A stretch of DNA of 64,000 nucleotides from an uncultured Methanomassiliicoccales archaeon (lineage in GTDB: Archaea; Thermoplasmatota; Thermoplasmata; Methanomassiliicoccales; UBA472), in the NCBI GenBank assembly GCA_963695345.1, contig OY968769.1, positions 704,001-768,000 on the forward strand, read 5' to 3'. Below the pieces are notes generated by a model. The model was not told the origin of the DNA, ran no database searches, and worked only from the letters and a program-made list of their open reading frames with translations. Positions 1 to 9,997 of this stretch are shown here, piece after piece. A program made the position numbers and the translations under genes. Each line of letters begins with the position of its first letter. The first letter of the stretch is position 1.

Positions 1-722
1 ATGCTTCATCAATAGTGACGGCAATCGGGTTGCTCTTTGCTGCCTTAGAAATTCGGTCGTCGTCACGAACCGCCTCGACGATCTTGACGGTGGTGCGGGC
101 CTTATATTAGATCTGGGTAGAAGCGACCGGCGCTCATGGATCATTGTTGTGAGGAAATCTGTTGGAGATTCGCGAGACCGGCCGCCATAACTAAAAGGTG
201 ACTGATAAGATATCATTTGTCCGGTCTGATTATCATACCGTCACACTCAGCTGCTCCCTTCTAATTCACCTTGAGAACGATCGGAATGGTCCTGAAAATG
301 ATGACGAAGACGGGAGGTAAAGGGACGTGTGGAATATCCGATTGTTGAGTGAGAATGGAACGATGCCCCTTTCCAGAGATGGTTCTCTCTAGCATGATGC
401 GAGCCGAGATGCTGCACAGGAGGAGATTACGAAGCTGGACCATCGATTGTGGGTGATGCTATTGATGTCTGTGACAAGAGAACAAAGATACCGCGTTCCG
501 GGTGTGAATCGGATCAGCCAGGAAAGAATAAGTGGAAGCAAGGGATCACCTCGGTCGATGATTCTACTGCACTTTCCCTGATGCGCCCATCCAGTCGAAA
601 CGCACACCAATAATCATATAATGGTGTCCGGTATTGAAGCGTCTCGCGCAGAGAAGGAACATGTTCATTTCCGAAGTTTCACTAGTATCCTATCTGAAAA
701 ACCGACCCAGGGGTGAGTGCTA

Positions 723-1835
723 ATGCCGACCATCGAGGATTCCATCAAAGAGGTGGAGGCAGAGATTGCCAAGACCCAGGTCAACAAGCACACCGAGTAT
801 CACATCGGAAAGCTGAAGGCGAAGATCGCCAGGCTCAAGGACGAGCAGGAGAAGAGGCGCTCCACCGGCGGAGGCGGCGGCAAAGGATACTCGGTCAAGA
901 AATCAGGGAACGCCACGGTGGCATTGGTAGGTTTCCCGTCGGTCGGTAAGTCCACCCTCCTGAACCGGCTTACCGGCGCGGAGAGCGAGGTCGGCGCATA
1001 CGATTTCACCACCATCGATGTCGTACCTGGCATCATGGAGTACAATAGCGCCAAGATCCAGATACTGGACCTTCCGGGACTGATCAGGGACGCTTCCAAG
1101 GGAAAGGGCAGGGGGCGGGAGGTGCTGTCCGTCGTCCGTTCGGCGGACCTTATCCTCTTTGTCCTGGACACCTTCGACACCAACCTTCACGTGCTGATAA
1201 GGGAGCTGGAAACGGCAGGCATACGCATCAACACCCATCCCGCCGATGTCGTCATCACCCGTACCGAATTCGGGGGCATCGAGATCAAGCCGACGGTCAC
1301 CCTGACCAAGATAGACGTGGAACTGGCTTCCGCCGTGGTCTCGGAATACGGGTTCGTGAACGCGGAAGTGGTCATCCGGGAGGACGTGAACGTAGACCAG
1401 CTGATCGATGTCCTGACCGGCAACCGGGTCTACTCCAAAGGCATCCTGGCCATCAACAAGATAGACCTGACCGACAAGACCCACGTGGACGCGGTCATGG
1501 ATCAGTTCAAGAGCTGGAGGCCGGTGCCGATATCCGCCCAGGGCAAGATCGGCATAGAAGAGCTGAAGGCACGCATCTTCGAATCGATCGACCTGATACG
1601 GATCTACCTGAAGAAGCAGGGCCAGGAAGCGGACATGAAAGAGCCGCTCATCATCCGCCGGGGCGCCTCCATTGGTGAGGTCTGCGATTCGTTGCACCGG
1701 ATATTCCGACAGAACTTCCGCTATGCCCTGGTGTGGGGGAAGAGCGCCAAGTTCCCCGGGCAGATGGTCGGGCTCGACCACATATTGCAGGACCAGGACA
1801 TCCTCTACATCGTGATCAAGAGGACCGGCGAGTAG
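723..1835 (+). CDS. DRG/Rbg1-family (OBG superfamily) GTPase with C-terminal TGS domain
   Basis: N-terminal TQVNKHTEYHIGKLKAKIARL helix typical of DRG; G1 GFPSVGKS, G2 YDFTT, G3 DLPG, G4 NKID; TGS motif YALVWGKSAKFPGQMVGLDHILQDQD; ATG at 723 preceded by GGGGTGA. Confidence 0.95.
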   Translation: MPTIEDSIKEVEAEIAKTQVNKHTEYHIGKLKAKIARLKDEQEKRRSTGGGGGKGYSVKKSGNATVALVGFPSVGKSTLLNRLTGAESEVGAYDFTTIDVVPGIMEYNSAKIQILDLPGLIRDASKGKGRGREVLSVVRSADLILFVLDTFDTNLHVLIRELETAGIRINTHPADVVITRTEFGGIEIKPTVTLTKIDVELASAVVSEYGFVNAEVVIREDVNVDQLIDVLTGNRVYSKGILAINKIDLTDKTHVDAVMDQFKSWRPVPISAQGKIGIEELKARIFESIDLIRIYLKKQGQEADMKEPLIIRRGASIGEVCDSLHRIFRQNFRYALVWGKSAKFPGQMVGLDHILQDQDILYIVIKRTGE

Positions 1836-1875
1836 TGGACACCAAAATAATATCTGCAAGTCCATTCCCTTCGTC

Positions 1876-2880
1876 GTGAACATGGATGGACCTGATGAAG
1901 CCGAGATAGCATACTGGAAATGGATGCTTCTCAAATTGGAGAAGGAAAGGAGGAAAGTGTCGACACCGGCCTTCACCATCACCCTATTACTGCTCCTGAA
2001 CCTGCTAGCTGTTGTCATGACCGACCAGTACGCGATCCTCTGGATATTGTCAAGTCTTCTGTTCTGCGTATTCTCCATCCTGTTCCTGGTCATGCCCACG
2101 ACAAAACGCTCTGCGATCCAAGAACCGAAAGAAGGCAAATTGAATCTTGACCGGGCGAACGTGATGGAGAACAAGGAACTGCTAGGCCTGGCGCTGTGGA
2201 ATGGCTTCTTCATCAACTCGCAACCGATGGCCAGGGGCATCATCGCCATATTCTCGTTCGACATCCTGCTGATAATATCGCTCGGGGTCGTCGGCCAGGT
2301 CCTCACCTTGGAGGTGACCGGCCTGCTTCTGCTGCAGTCGATGGGGATGATCGTGTTCTACGTCGGCATCATAAAGATAAGACCCTACGACAAGCAATTC
2401 CTGGAGGAGGTACAGTCGATCGGAAGATCGGTCAGAGATTTCCTTAAGGGCAGGCCGGTCAGGAGGTTCAAGGGCGTCTTCTTCACCCTGCTGGTCCTGT
2501 CCGTTTTCGTCCTTTCGCTGATAACGGCCATGCTCTTGCCCGGATCTTCCATAAAGTTGCTTAGAGGGGATTCGAACGTCGACCTGGTGAAAGGGGCGAT
2601 CCCGCTGGCCCTAATATTCATATCCCAATTCCTCCTGGTGAGGCAGACCCAGGGAATATCGAGCCGAAGGATGGCGGATGATCTGCTAAGAAGGAAACTG
2701 GCTTTGCTGGAAACCCGGACCGCCCCCGAGGGGACGGGTGTGAATGGGCTCGAAGGGCAGATGCCGAGGTACTTCAAGGTCATAAGGCACGATATCTTCG
2801 GACACCTGCCGGTCTATCTGATGAACCCCGATCTTGCGGCAATACTCGGAGAACAGGTCGGTCCGGAAAATGTGTTTTAG
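1876..2880 (+). CDS. Multi-pass membrane protein of unknown function
   Basis: 334-aa ORF with about 6 hydrophobic segments and host-like codon usage; start may be ATG 1882. Confidence 0.75.
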   Translation: MNMDGPDEAEIAYWKWMLLKLEKERRKVSTPAFTITLLLLLNLLAVVMTDQYAILWILSSLLFCVFSILFLVMPTTKRSAIQEPKEGKLNLDRANVMENKELLGLALWNGFFINSQPMARGIIAIFSFDILLIISLGVVGQVLTLEVTGLLLLQSMGMIVFYVGIIKIRPYDKQFLEEVQSIGRSVRDFLKGRPVRRFKGVFFTLLVLSVFVLSLITAMLLPGSSIKLLRGDSNVDLVKGAIPLALIFISQFLLVRQTQGISSRRMADDLLRRKLALLETRTAPEGTGVNGLEGQMPRYFKVIRHDIFGHLPVYLMNPDLAAILGEQVGPENVF

Positions 2881-3038
2881 ACCCTTACCGAGGATGACGG
2901 AACCTCGAACGCTCCCGTGGTGGACGATGGATAGGAACGGTCATTTTTCAGTGGAGAACCTACTAATATCGAATGCTGGGAAGTTATTCTCGGGAACTGT
3001 GCTGCCAGTGGAAGCAGTGTATTCCCGAGGTGGAGCAT

Positions 3039-3497
3039 ATGTCAATCGCGGATTCGATCAAGTCCGATCATGATGAGTTCAGAGGCGAGATCGCGACATT
3101 GCAGAAGACCTCGACCGCTGATTTCGAGGAAAGGAGGAGTACGTTCTCCGACCTGAAACGAAAGGTGTCAGCCCATTTCTTGGCGGAGGAGGACACCGTG
3201 ATAAAGGAGATGGGCAAATTGACGGAACTGAGACCTTTGGCGCTGGAACTGTTGGAGGAGCACCAGGCTATCCGCGACCTCCTCGATATCCTTTGGGCGA
3301 CAAATTGCGATGATGAGGTCTGGCTTCCGAGATTGACCCCCATAGCGGAGCTGTTGGCGATCCATATGGGAAAGGAGGAGAACGTGGTTATACCGGCCGC
3401 TCCGAAATATTTCACCGATGCCCAGCTCGAGGCATTGGGGAAGGTGTTTGAAAAGGTGGAGGCGAAAGAGATGGGACAGATTTGGATCCAGGCTTAG
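3039..3497 (+). CDS. Hemerythrin (HHE) domain protein
   Basis: DH...HFLAEE...EEH...HMGKEE ligand pattern; ATG 3039 follows GAGGTGG. Confidence 0.85.
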   Translation: MSIADSIKSDHDEFRGEIATLQKTSTADFEERRSTFSDLKRKVSAHFLAEEDTVIKEMGKLTELRPLALELLEEHQAIRDLLDILWATNCDDEVWLPRLTPIAELLAIHMGKEENVVIPAAPKYFTDAQLEALGKVFEKVEAKEMGQIWIQA

Positions 3498-3597
3498 AGG
3501 GAGGGCAATGAGGAAGAAGCGGTCAGGCCCTGAAATGGAAGGTCACGGAACTGGACATCCACTTTTCATCTGCCAGGATCGGCAATGCTATGGTCCG

Positions 3598-3720
3598 ATG
3601 ATGACCCGGGTCTATGAGGATGTTCCACAGCCGCCGGATGACCGGCGGGAGTTCGAGGACCTGAGGGAGGACATACCGGTCAAGAAGAAGGTCCCAGCGG
3701 ACGGTATCGAGCGCTATTAG
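3598..3720 (+). CDS. Possible 40-aa small protein
   Basis: MMTRVYEDVPQPPDDRREFEDLREDIPVKKKVPADGIERY, GC3-rich codons, fills the intergenic gap; no recognisable family. Confidence 0.3.
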   Translation: MMTRVYEDVPQPPDDRREFEDLREDIPVKKKVPADGIERY

Positions 3721-3825
3721 ATCGGGTTGGCATCGAGTCCGTGCCGCTGATACGACCGTGCCTTTTCCGGGACAGTAATTATTTGGTCTTGACCATCCCT
3801 TTCGGGAGCACAAGGAGTTACGTTC

Positions 3826-5605
3826 ATGAACGACGTCAAATGGGACCTGTCTCAGCTGGTCAAGAGCACAGACCGATCGGAGATCGTCAAGGAACTTGAT
3901 GCATTGGTCGAGGAAGCGGGAAAGAGGGCCACGGAGTACCGGGGGAAGATCAGGACCTTGGACGCAGAGGGCCTCAAGGCCCTTTTCGAGGAGAGGGAGG
4001 AGATGCAGCTGCGGTACGAGGGGGCCATCATGTACAGCCGCCTCCGGTATTCGGCGGACACCACCGACGCCGTCTCCAAACAGCTGAACGACGCCGTCAG
4101 CAAGGCCGGCACCAAGGTGGGCCAGCAGCTGGCATTCGTGGACATAGAGCTGAGCTACCTCCTGAAGGATAGGCCGGAACTGGTGAAGGACCCGGTCCTG
4201 GCTGAGTTCAGGCATGCGCTGGAACGGACCCTGAGGGCGGCCCCGCACCTCCTTTCCGAGGAGGAGGAGAAGATAATCATGTCCAAGGACCAGAACGGGG
4301 CCCACTCCTGGTCCCAACTGCAGAGGGAATGGCTCAGCACCAGGACGTTCCCGATCGAGGTGGAAGGGAAGAGGAAGAAGCTTCCCTATGGACAGGTCAT
4401 CGGGCTTTACGGGTCGCCGGACCGGAAGCTGAGAAGGGATGCCAACCGGATAGTTTACGGAAAGCTCGGCAAGGACGAGATCGTCTGGTCCACCGCCCTG
4501 CGCTCGATCTGCGATGACCACCTGCAGAACTGCGACATGAGGAAGTATCCCACGCCGGAGACGTCCAGCCTGATCTACAACGACGTGGAGCAAGGGGCCA
4601 TAGATGCCCTGATGGCCACCATGAAGGACAACGTCGGGGTTTACCGGAAGTACCTGAAGCTCAAGGCCGAGATGATGGACCTGGACCGTCTGGGCAACTG
4701 GGACATCATGGCCCCGTTGCCCAAGGCGCCCAAGATGACCTTCACCTGGGACCAGGCGCACGAGACGGTGGTAAAGGCATACGGCGGGTTCGACCCCCAG
4801 CTGGGAGAATGGTCGGAGGAGATGTACCAGAGGCAGCACATCGATGCCGCGATACGCCCAGGCAAGGTCAGCGGCGCGTTCTGTTCGGACTGGTACGGCG
4901 GGAGGTCGGCCTATGTCCTGCAGAGCTTCAACGGCCGATTGGACGACGTATACACGCAGGCGCATGAGATGGGGCATTCCATGCATGCCTACCTCACCTC
5001 GAGGTCGCAGCGCGCCACCAACACCGCCATCAGTTATTGCATAGCGGAGTGCGGATCGATCTTCGGCGAGCTGTTGCTGACCGATCACCTGATCGGCAAC
5101 GCCAAGGACATCGAAAGAAAAGCAGGCCGTGCTCACCCAGGTCATGGACGGGTTCGGACAGGCGGCGTTCCAGGTGAGCGCCCGTTACTTCTTCGAGAAG
5201 AGCCTGTACCAGGCGATCCGGGACGGCAGGTATCTGGACGGGGAGACGATCTCGTCACTATGGGTCAAGGCGCGGGACGATGTGTACGGAGATTCGGTGG
5301 AATGGCTCCCGGAGATGAAATGGGAGTGGACGATGAAGATGCACTACTACATCCCGGAGCTCCGCTTCTACAACTATCCCTACGTGTTCGCTCAGCTGTT
5401 CGTGTTCTCCATGTACCGCCTGTACCAGGAACAGGGAAAAGCGTTCGTTCCCAAGTTCAAGGGACTGCTAGCGGCCGGATCCAGCCGCTCCGCGGCGGAA
5501 CTGGCATCGGGGCTCGGTTTCGATATCGGGAGGGAAGGGTCGTGGCAGAAGGGGATAACCCAGGCTGAGACATTCATCGAAGAGTTGGAAGGAACCTTGA
5601 AATAG
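3826..5605 (+). CDS. pepF: Oligoendopeptidase F (M3B), split by one extra base near 5115
   Basis: N-terminal WDLS, GKVSGAFC, HEMGH zinc motif, AECGSIFGE, C-terminal HYY...FYNYPYVFAQL in the second frame; removing one A from ATCGAAAGAAAAGCAG gives IEEKQAVL and joins both ORFs. Confidence 0.9.
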
Positions 5606-5670
5606 GTCGGACCGGTGATGAAAGAAATACCGCCGGAGCGATCCGGCAATGAAACCATTTATCGAGGAAT

Positions 5671-5727
5671 AAGGGGCGGTTCTCGGCAATTGCCGAAAAG
5701 CCAGTGAACCTTCCCCTTTTCTTTTCG
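5671..5727 (+). terminator. Hairpin plus pyrimidine tract after pepF
   Basis: Outer arms AAGGGG..GGTTC / GAACC..CCCCTT enclose the perfect palindrome TCGGCAATTGCCGA (5683-5696); followed by TTTCTTTTC. Confidence 0.5.
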
Positions 5728-5736
5728 CCCTTCATT

Positions 5737-5752
5737 AAAATCAATTTAAATA
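5737..5752 (+). promoter_or_regulatory. Candidate BRE/TATA box for the CxxC-x17-CxxC gene
   Basis: TTTAAATA at 5745-5752 preceded by an A-rich element, about 75 bp upstream of ATG 5828. Confidence 0.45.
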
Positions 5753-5827
5753 GTAGTACATTATTGGTGTAATTATCCCAAGAGTCGTTTCACGGTTTTT
5801 GAGATATAAACAAACAAGGTAGTAAAA

Positions 5828-6010
5828 ATGTACGGTGGTAACAGAGGCAACAGCTATGGACGCCCAAGGAATGACGGACCGCGCGAGATGCACAACGTGA
5901 AGTGCAGCGACTGCGGAGCCGAGACCCAAGTCCCGTTCAAACCGACCGAGGGAAGGCCGGTTTACTGCAGGGACTGCTTCCAGAAGCACAAGCCAAAGGA
6001 CAGGTTCTAA
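5828..6010 (+). CDS. Small CxxC-x17-CxxC zinc-ribbon protein
   Basis: PREMHNVKCSDCGAETQVPFKPTEGRPVYCRDCF with a Gly/Arg-rich N-tail. Confidence 0.9.
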   Translation: MYGGNRGNSYGRPRNDGPREMHNVKCSDCGAETQVPFKPTEGRPVYCRDCFQKHKPKDRF

Positions 6011-6060
6011 ACCTGTTCTAAAAATATTTCAAAAACCATTATCAAAAAAGGCAAATCAGT

Positions 6061-6098
6061 CTGCCCAGTCCTCGCAAGGGGGCAGGGTTCTTTTTCTT
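6061..6098 (+). terminator. Stem-loop plus U-tract terminator
   Basis: CTGCCC...CCT-CGCA-AGG-GGGCAG followed by TTCTTTTTCTT. Confidence 0.6.
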
Positions 6099-6209
6099 AT
6101 TAAATTCTCATATCACTGGTAAGTCCTTCGACTTTCAGTTTGCATCTTCGTTCTTGAAGGTTAATCTCTAATAGCCGCCGTTGCCAATCGAGACGCAGGA
6201 GTGTGCATT

Positions 6210-6928
6210 ATGGCAGATTACAAGGTGGCGGTGGTGACCGGCGCCACGGGCTCTCTCGGTTCTTCCGTCACCAAGGAGCTGCTCGGTCATGGGTATCCAT
6301 GTCATCGTAACGTACCGGACCAAGGAGTCTTTGGCCTCCCTCCGCGGTGATCTCGGGACCCATGGCGGCCCAACTGGAGTCCCGGAAGGCGGATGTGACG
6401 GACGAGAAGGACGTGGCCGACCTCTTCGATGGCATCAGACAAGACCATGGCCGGGTGGATATCCTGGTGAACATCGTGGGAACGTACCGGGGCGGGAAAG
6501 AGATATGGGAGACCTCGGTGAAGGAATGGGACATCATGATGAATGTCAATCTTCTGTCGGCGTTCCTCTGCTGCCGTGCCGCCCTGCCGATGATGATCGA
6601 GCACAATTACGGGAAGATAATAAACATCGCCGCCCGCCCGGCCCTGGAGAGGCGGAACCGCGTCAAATCGGGGGCCTACGCTGTCGCGAAGGCTGGAGTA
6701 TTGGTATTGACCGAGACCATCGCTGAGGAGGTCAAGAAATTAGACATCAACGTGAACGCGGTCCTGCCCAGCACCATGGATACTCCAGACAACCGCCGGG
6801 ACATGCCACAGGCGGATTTCTCCAAATGGGTCCCGCCGGCCGAGGTCGCCGCGGTCATCATGGGACTGGTCTCTGATTACATGAGGCCGGTCAGCGGTTC
6901 GGCGGTCACCGTGTACGGAAAGGCATAG
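6210..6928 (+). CDS. Short-chain dehydrogenase/reductase (SDR), two single-base insertions near 6297 and 6356
   Basis: ATG 6210 MADYKVAVVTGATGSLG (TGxxGxxG); then VDILVN, NVN, catalytic YAVAK, NAVLPS; removing one C and one G gives a continuous frame. Confidence 0.85.
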
Positions 6929-6977
6929 GCAGGATGGCGCACACCATCATGGCCTATGCCTTGGCCGGCGAGCTTCC

Positions 6978-8147
6978 TCACTTCCTCCATTCCTGGCCGG
7001 CCGCCTGCTTTTCCATGGCTCTCCGCTGACGGCGCTGCTGTCTCAGGAGGGCGTCGTCCACCGGCCTGAACCCGTTCTGCTTCCAGTCCTTCCGATAGAT
7101 GAAAGCCTCCACCGCCCAGTAGATGCCCCACAGCGCCGCCGCGATGATGAACAGCCAGAGCAGAGGCTCGAAGTTGAGGTTGAGATGTATGTCGGTGTTC
7201 ATGACGTCCATGGAAACGGAGATGTGACCGCCGAGCGCGGCGATGAATATCCATGCGCAGATCAATCCCACGACGACCAGGGCAAAGGCGAGCCGGGAGA
7301 CAGAACCCTTGGGATAGAAGCCTTTGAAGAAGGACAGCGCGGCGATGGGCAAACCGATGAACAGCAGCAGGTTGGCGAGCCGGTCCAAGGTGGCCGAGCC
7401 CAGCCCCAGCAAGCCATCGGTATTGCCGCCCCCCATGCCGTTGGCGAGCCCCTGCAGCATGCCCTGGGAAGATTGGATCACGGCGCCCAGCACTATTATG
7501 AAGAGGAGCGGGATGATCACAAACTTCAGCAAGGCCTTGTTCGCCTCGGCCATTCCGGGCAAGAATCTCCCATAGCGGGGCCGGAAGTCCTGCCAGAGCC
7601 GGTGGTTCTGGGGATCCTCGACCAGGGCGGGCTTGGGCCAGGTTACACCCGGGTAGGCACGTGCCAGCCACTCCAGGAACGGTCTGCGGAAATCAATGAA
7701 CTCCGCCAGCTTGTAGAGCGATTTGAAGACGATGAACAGGGTGAGCAGCCAAAGCACCAGATCGAGCTTGAACGGGAAACCGGCAGCGTTGAAGGCCGGA
7801 CCCATCCTTCCGCCCAGGTCGAAGGCCCACACCATCAGCGCATAGAATGGGATCATCGCCAGATCGAAGGTGAGGCGGGAGACCGAACCCCGGGGATAGA
7901 ATCCTTTCAGACCGGCCAACACGGTCAGCGCCGCGCCGAAGAGCAGGATGAAGGTCCGATAGTCGGCAATGAGCTGGGCCAGATACTTCACCGATGCGGA
8001 ATTGAAGGCGTTGAGCATCGACCCGAGGACCAGGAAGATGAGGAATGGCACGATGATGTACTGGACCAATCCCAGCACCGCCCCCCAGATGGCCCTGGAC
8101 AGGGATCCCAGTTCCAGCTTGAACTCGTTCATAGGATCGGGCTCCAT
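6978..8147 (-). CDS. Polytopic membrane protein with internal duplication
   Basis: About 8 TM segments; motif KGFYP[RK]GSVSRL occurs twice. Confidence 0.8.
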   Translation of the reverse strand: MEPDPMNEFKLELGSLSRAIWGAVLGLVQYIIVPFLIFLVLGSMLNAFNSASVKYLAQLIADYRTFILLFGAALTVLAGLKGFYPRGSVSRLTFDLAMIPFYALMVWAFDLGGRMGPAFNAAGFPFKLDLVLWLLTLFIVFKSLYKLAEFIDFRRPFLEWLARAYPGVTWPKPALVEDPQNHRLWQDFRPRYGRFLPGMAEANKALLKFVIIPLLFIIVLGAVIQSSQGMLQGLANGMGGGNTDGLLGLGSATLDRLANLLLFIGLPIAALSFFKGFYPKGSVSRLAFALVVVGLICAWIFIAALGGHISVSMDVMNTDIHLNLNFEPLLWLFIIAAALWGIYWAVEAFIYRKDWKQNGFRPVDDALLRQQRRQRRAMEKQAAGQEWRK

Positions 8148-8983
8148 TGATGGTCTATCGTTTTATTCGCCGAGACCGACATGAAACCGGCCTGGACCTG
8201 GAAACGCAGCGGTTCAGAATGGGTCGCCAGGTATTGGCCGGCCTGATCATCGAGGTTGAGGACCATCACTCCATTGGTCTGAGGCTGCAGGGCTATCATC
8301 TGATCGGTCGTGGCCATTATGCCTGAGCTGTTGCTCATGGTCACCTTGAGCTCCATCGGTGCACCGGATATCTTGTTCGATACGCTCACATGGTAGGGGA
8401 TGGTGAGGGCGTAATGACCACCGGACGTCCCCAACCTGGCGTTGTTCAGGTCAACGCCATAGTCACTGACCAGCGGCTCCCACTCGGTGTTGGAGCTGCC
8501 TCCCAGGTTGAGGGAGACCCAGCCAAGGGGGTAGGTGGCGCCTACGTCCAGCGCCATAGTGACCCGCGTGGTATTGAAGACGAAGGACTGGAGCGCGGAC
8601 GCATTCATCTGGTTGAGGTCGATGGTCATTCCCAGGGGTAGGTCGCTCCATTGACCGGAACGTATGTCCCTGTGCACCGTGGTGAAATTGCCCAGGTTGG
8701 TGGAGTTCACGTCCGAAAGGCCGAAAACGACATAGAAATCGTTGACATCAAAAATGCCGCCGTTGTATACGCCGATCGAAGACCCGAGCTTCAATGTTCC
8801 GTTCTCGAAGCTCCATACCCCGTTGGCTAGCTCCGGCGCGTTGACCTTCAACCCCCCGGTCACCGGAGTTACCGCCGCCAAAATCAGAATGACGATTATG
8901 GCAATCTTGAATGCCAGAATTCCGAGTCTGGTTAGTACGAGCTGCCATCTCGTGTCGGAAAAGGACCCCATCGGCCCGAACAA
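8129..8983 (-). CDS. Membrane-anchored extracellular beta-rich protein
   Basis: N-terminal hydrophobic helix then beta-strand-rich sequence with N-x-S/T sequons; overlaps the downstream gene (operon). Confidence 0.7.
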   Translation of the reverse strand: MFGPMGSFSDTRWQLVLTRLGILAFKIAIIVILILAAVTPVTGGLKVNAPELANGVWSFENGTLKLGSSIGVYNGGIFDVNDFYVVFGLSDVNSTNLGNFTTVHRDIRSGQWSDLPLGMTIDLNQMNASALQSFVFNTTRVTMALDVGATYPLGWVSLNLGGSSNTEWEPLVSDYGVDLNNARLGTSGGHYALTIPYHVSVSNKISGAPMELKVTMSNSSGIMATTDQMIALQPQTNGVMVLNLDDQAGQYLATHSEPLRFQVQAGFMSVSANKTIDHQWSPIL

Positions 8984-9175
8984 CGTCTTGCGCCGTAATA
9001 ATGGATTCTATGCATTCATGGCGGCAACGGAAGGGCACTCCCGTACTTCCTTACAACCGCCATCAACCCTTCGTCGGTCGAGCTTCTCTCTGACCCACAA
9101 GATGATTCAGGAGGCCCCCGATGCCTGAGGCGTTCGGTCGGTTCGAGGAAGCCTTTAGTTGGGTCGCCCAAGGAA

Positions 9176-9748
9176 CTACAGGCCAAGGTCAGAGGCCCGA
9201 GCCTTCATTCCTTCGAGGCACAGCGATAGGAACTCATCCCTTCCGATCCCTATCTGTTCGCAAACCATAATCCGGTCGCGGCTCACCCCTTTGGCAAAAT
9301 CCTTCGAACCGAACTTCTTGACCAATGATTCCGGACGTACTCCCTCCAGCTTCTTCGCCGGTGTCACGAGGGCACAGGCGATCACCAGTCCTGAGGCCGC
9401 GTCGCAGGCGATCAGGCCTTTCTTCAAAGGCGTGTCCGGTGCCACACCGGTATGTTCGTGATTATGGGCCAATATGGCATCGATCAGCTCCTGGTCCACC
9501 GTCTCTTTCAACAGTTCCTGCGCCTTGAGGGTGTGGTCCTCGATACCAGTGCATATCTCGAAATCGATATCGTGGAGTATGCCTACCAGTTCCCACCTTT
9601 CCGCATCATGTTCTAGTCTGGTGGCGACCGCCCTCATTGCCGCTCCGACAGCGATCATGTGTTTCACATTGTTGTCCTTGGACACATGTTGACGGACAAG
9701 AAGAAGGGCCTCATCCCGGGAGATGCTTTGGATCATGCTAGTACTCAT
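9176..9748 (-). CDS. HD-domain (HDIG-type) metal-dependent hydrolase
   Basis: KHM...GILHDIDFE...H...LAHN...ACD; C-terminal KKFGSKDFAKGVSRD. Confidence 0.85.
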   Translation of the reverse strand: MSTSMIQSISRDEALLLVRQHVSKDNNVKHMIAVGAAMRAVATRLEHDAERWELVGILHDIDFEICTGIEDHTLKAQELLKETVDQELIDAILAHNHEHTGVAPDTPLKKGLIACDAASGLVIACALVTPAKKLEGVRPESLVKKFGSKDFAKGVSRDRIMVCEQIGIGRDEFLSLCLEGMKARASDLGL

Positions 9749-9997
9749 GCAAAGACCAGGATTTTATAATGATTTGAACCGGATAGGTAAAACCTCCACG
9801 ATATATCGAAATCCGATAGAAAAAAGGGCGATGGGGGATATCCATCTTGAATGGTGATAATACTTCCGTCCTTTTTACAGAATCTTATCAAGAGGCGTGA
9901 CAAACCCCCTCTTCGTGAATGATATACACTCGAATTTTAACATTGTATGAGAAGTATAATATTCAATTAAACTGAATCATTAACGGGGATAAACCTT

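Noticed and set aside
1-700. Short ORFs 261-443 and 389-610
   Set aside because: No recognisable motif, start context or coding bias; left unannotated
3523-5145. Long antisense ORFs (also 903-2306, 7185-8150, 60382-62217)
   Set aside because: They lie opposite well-supported genes and have no domain signatures
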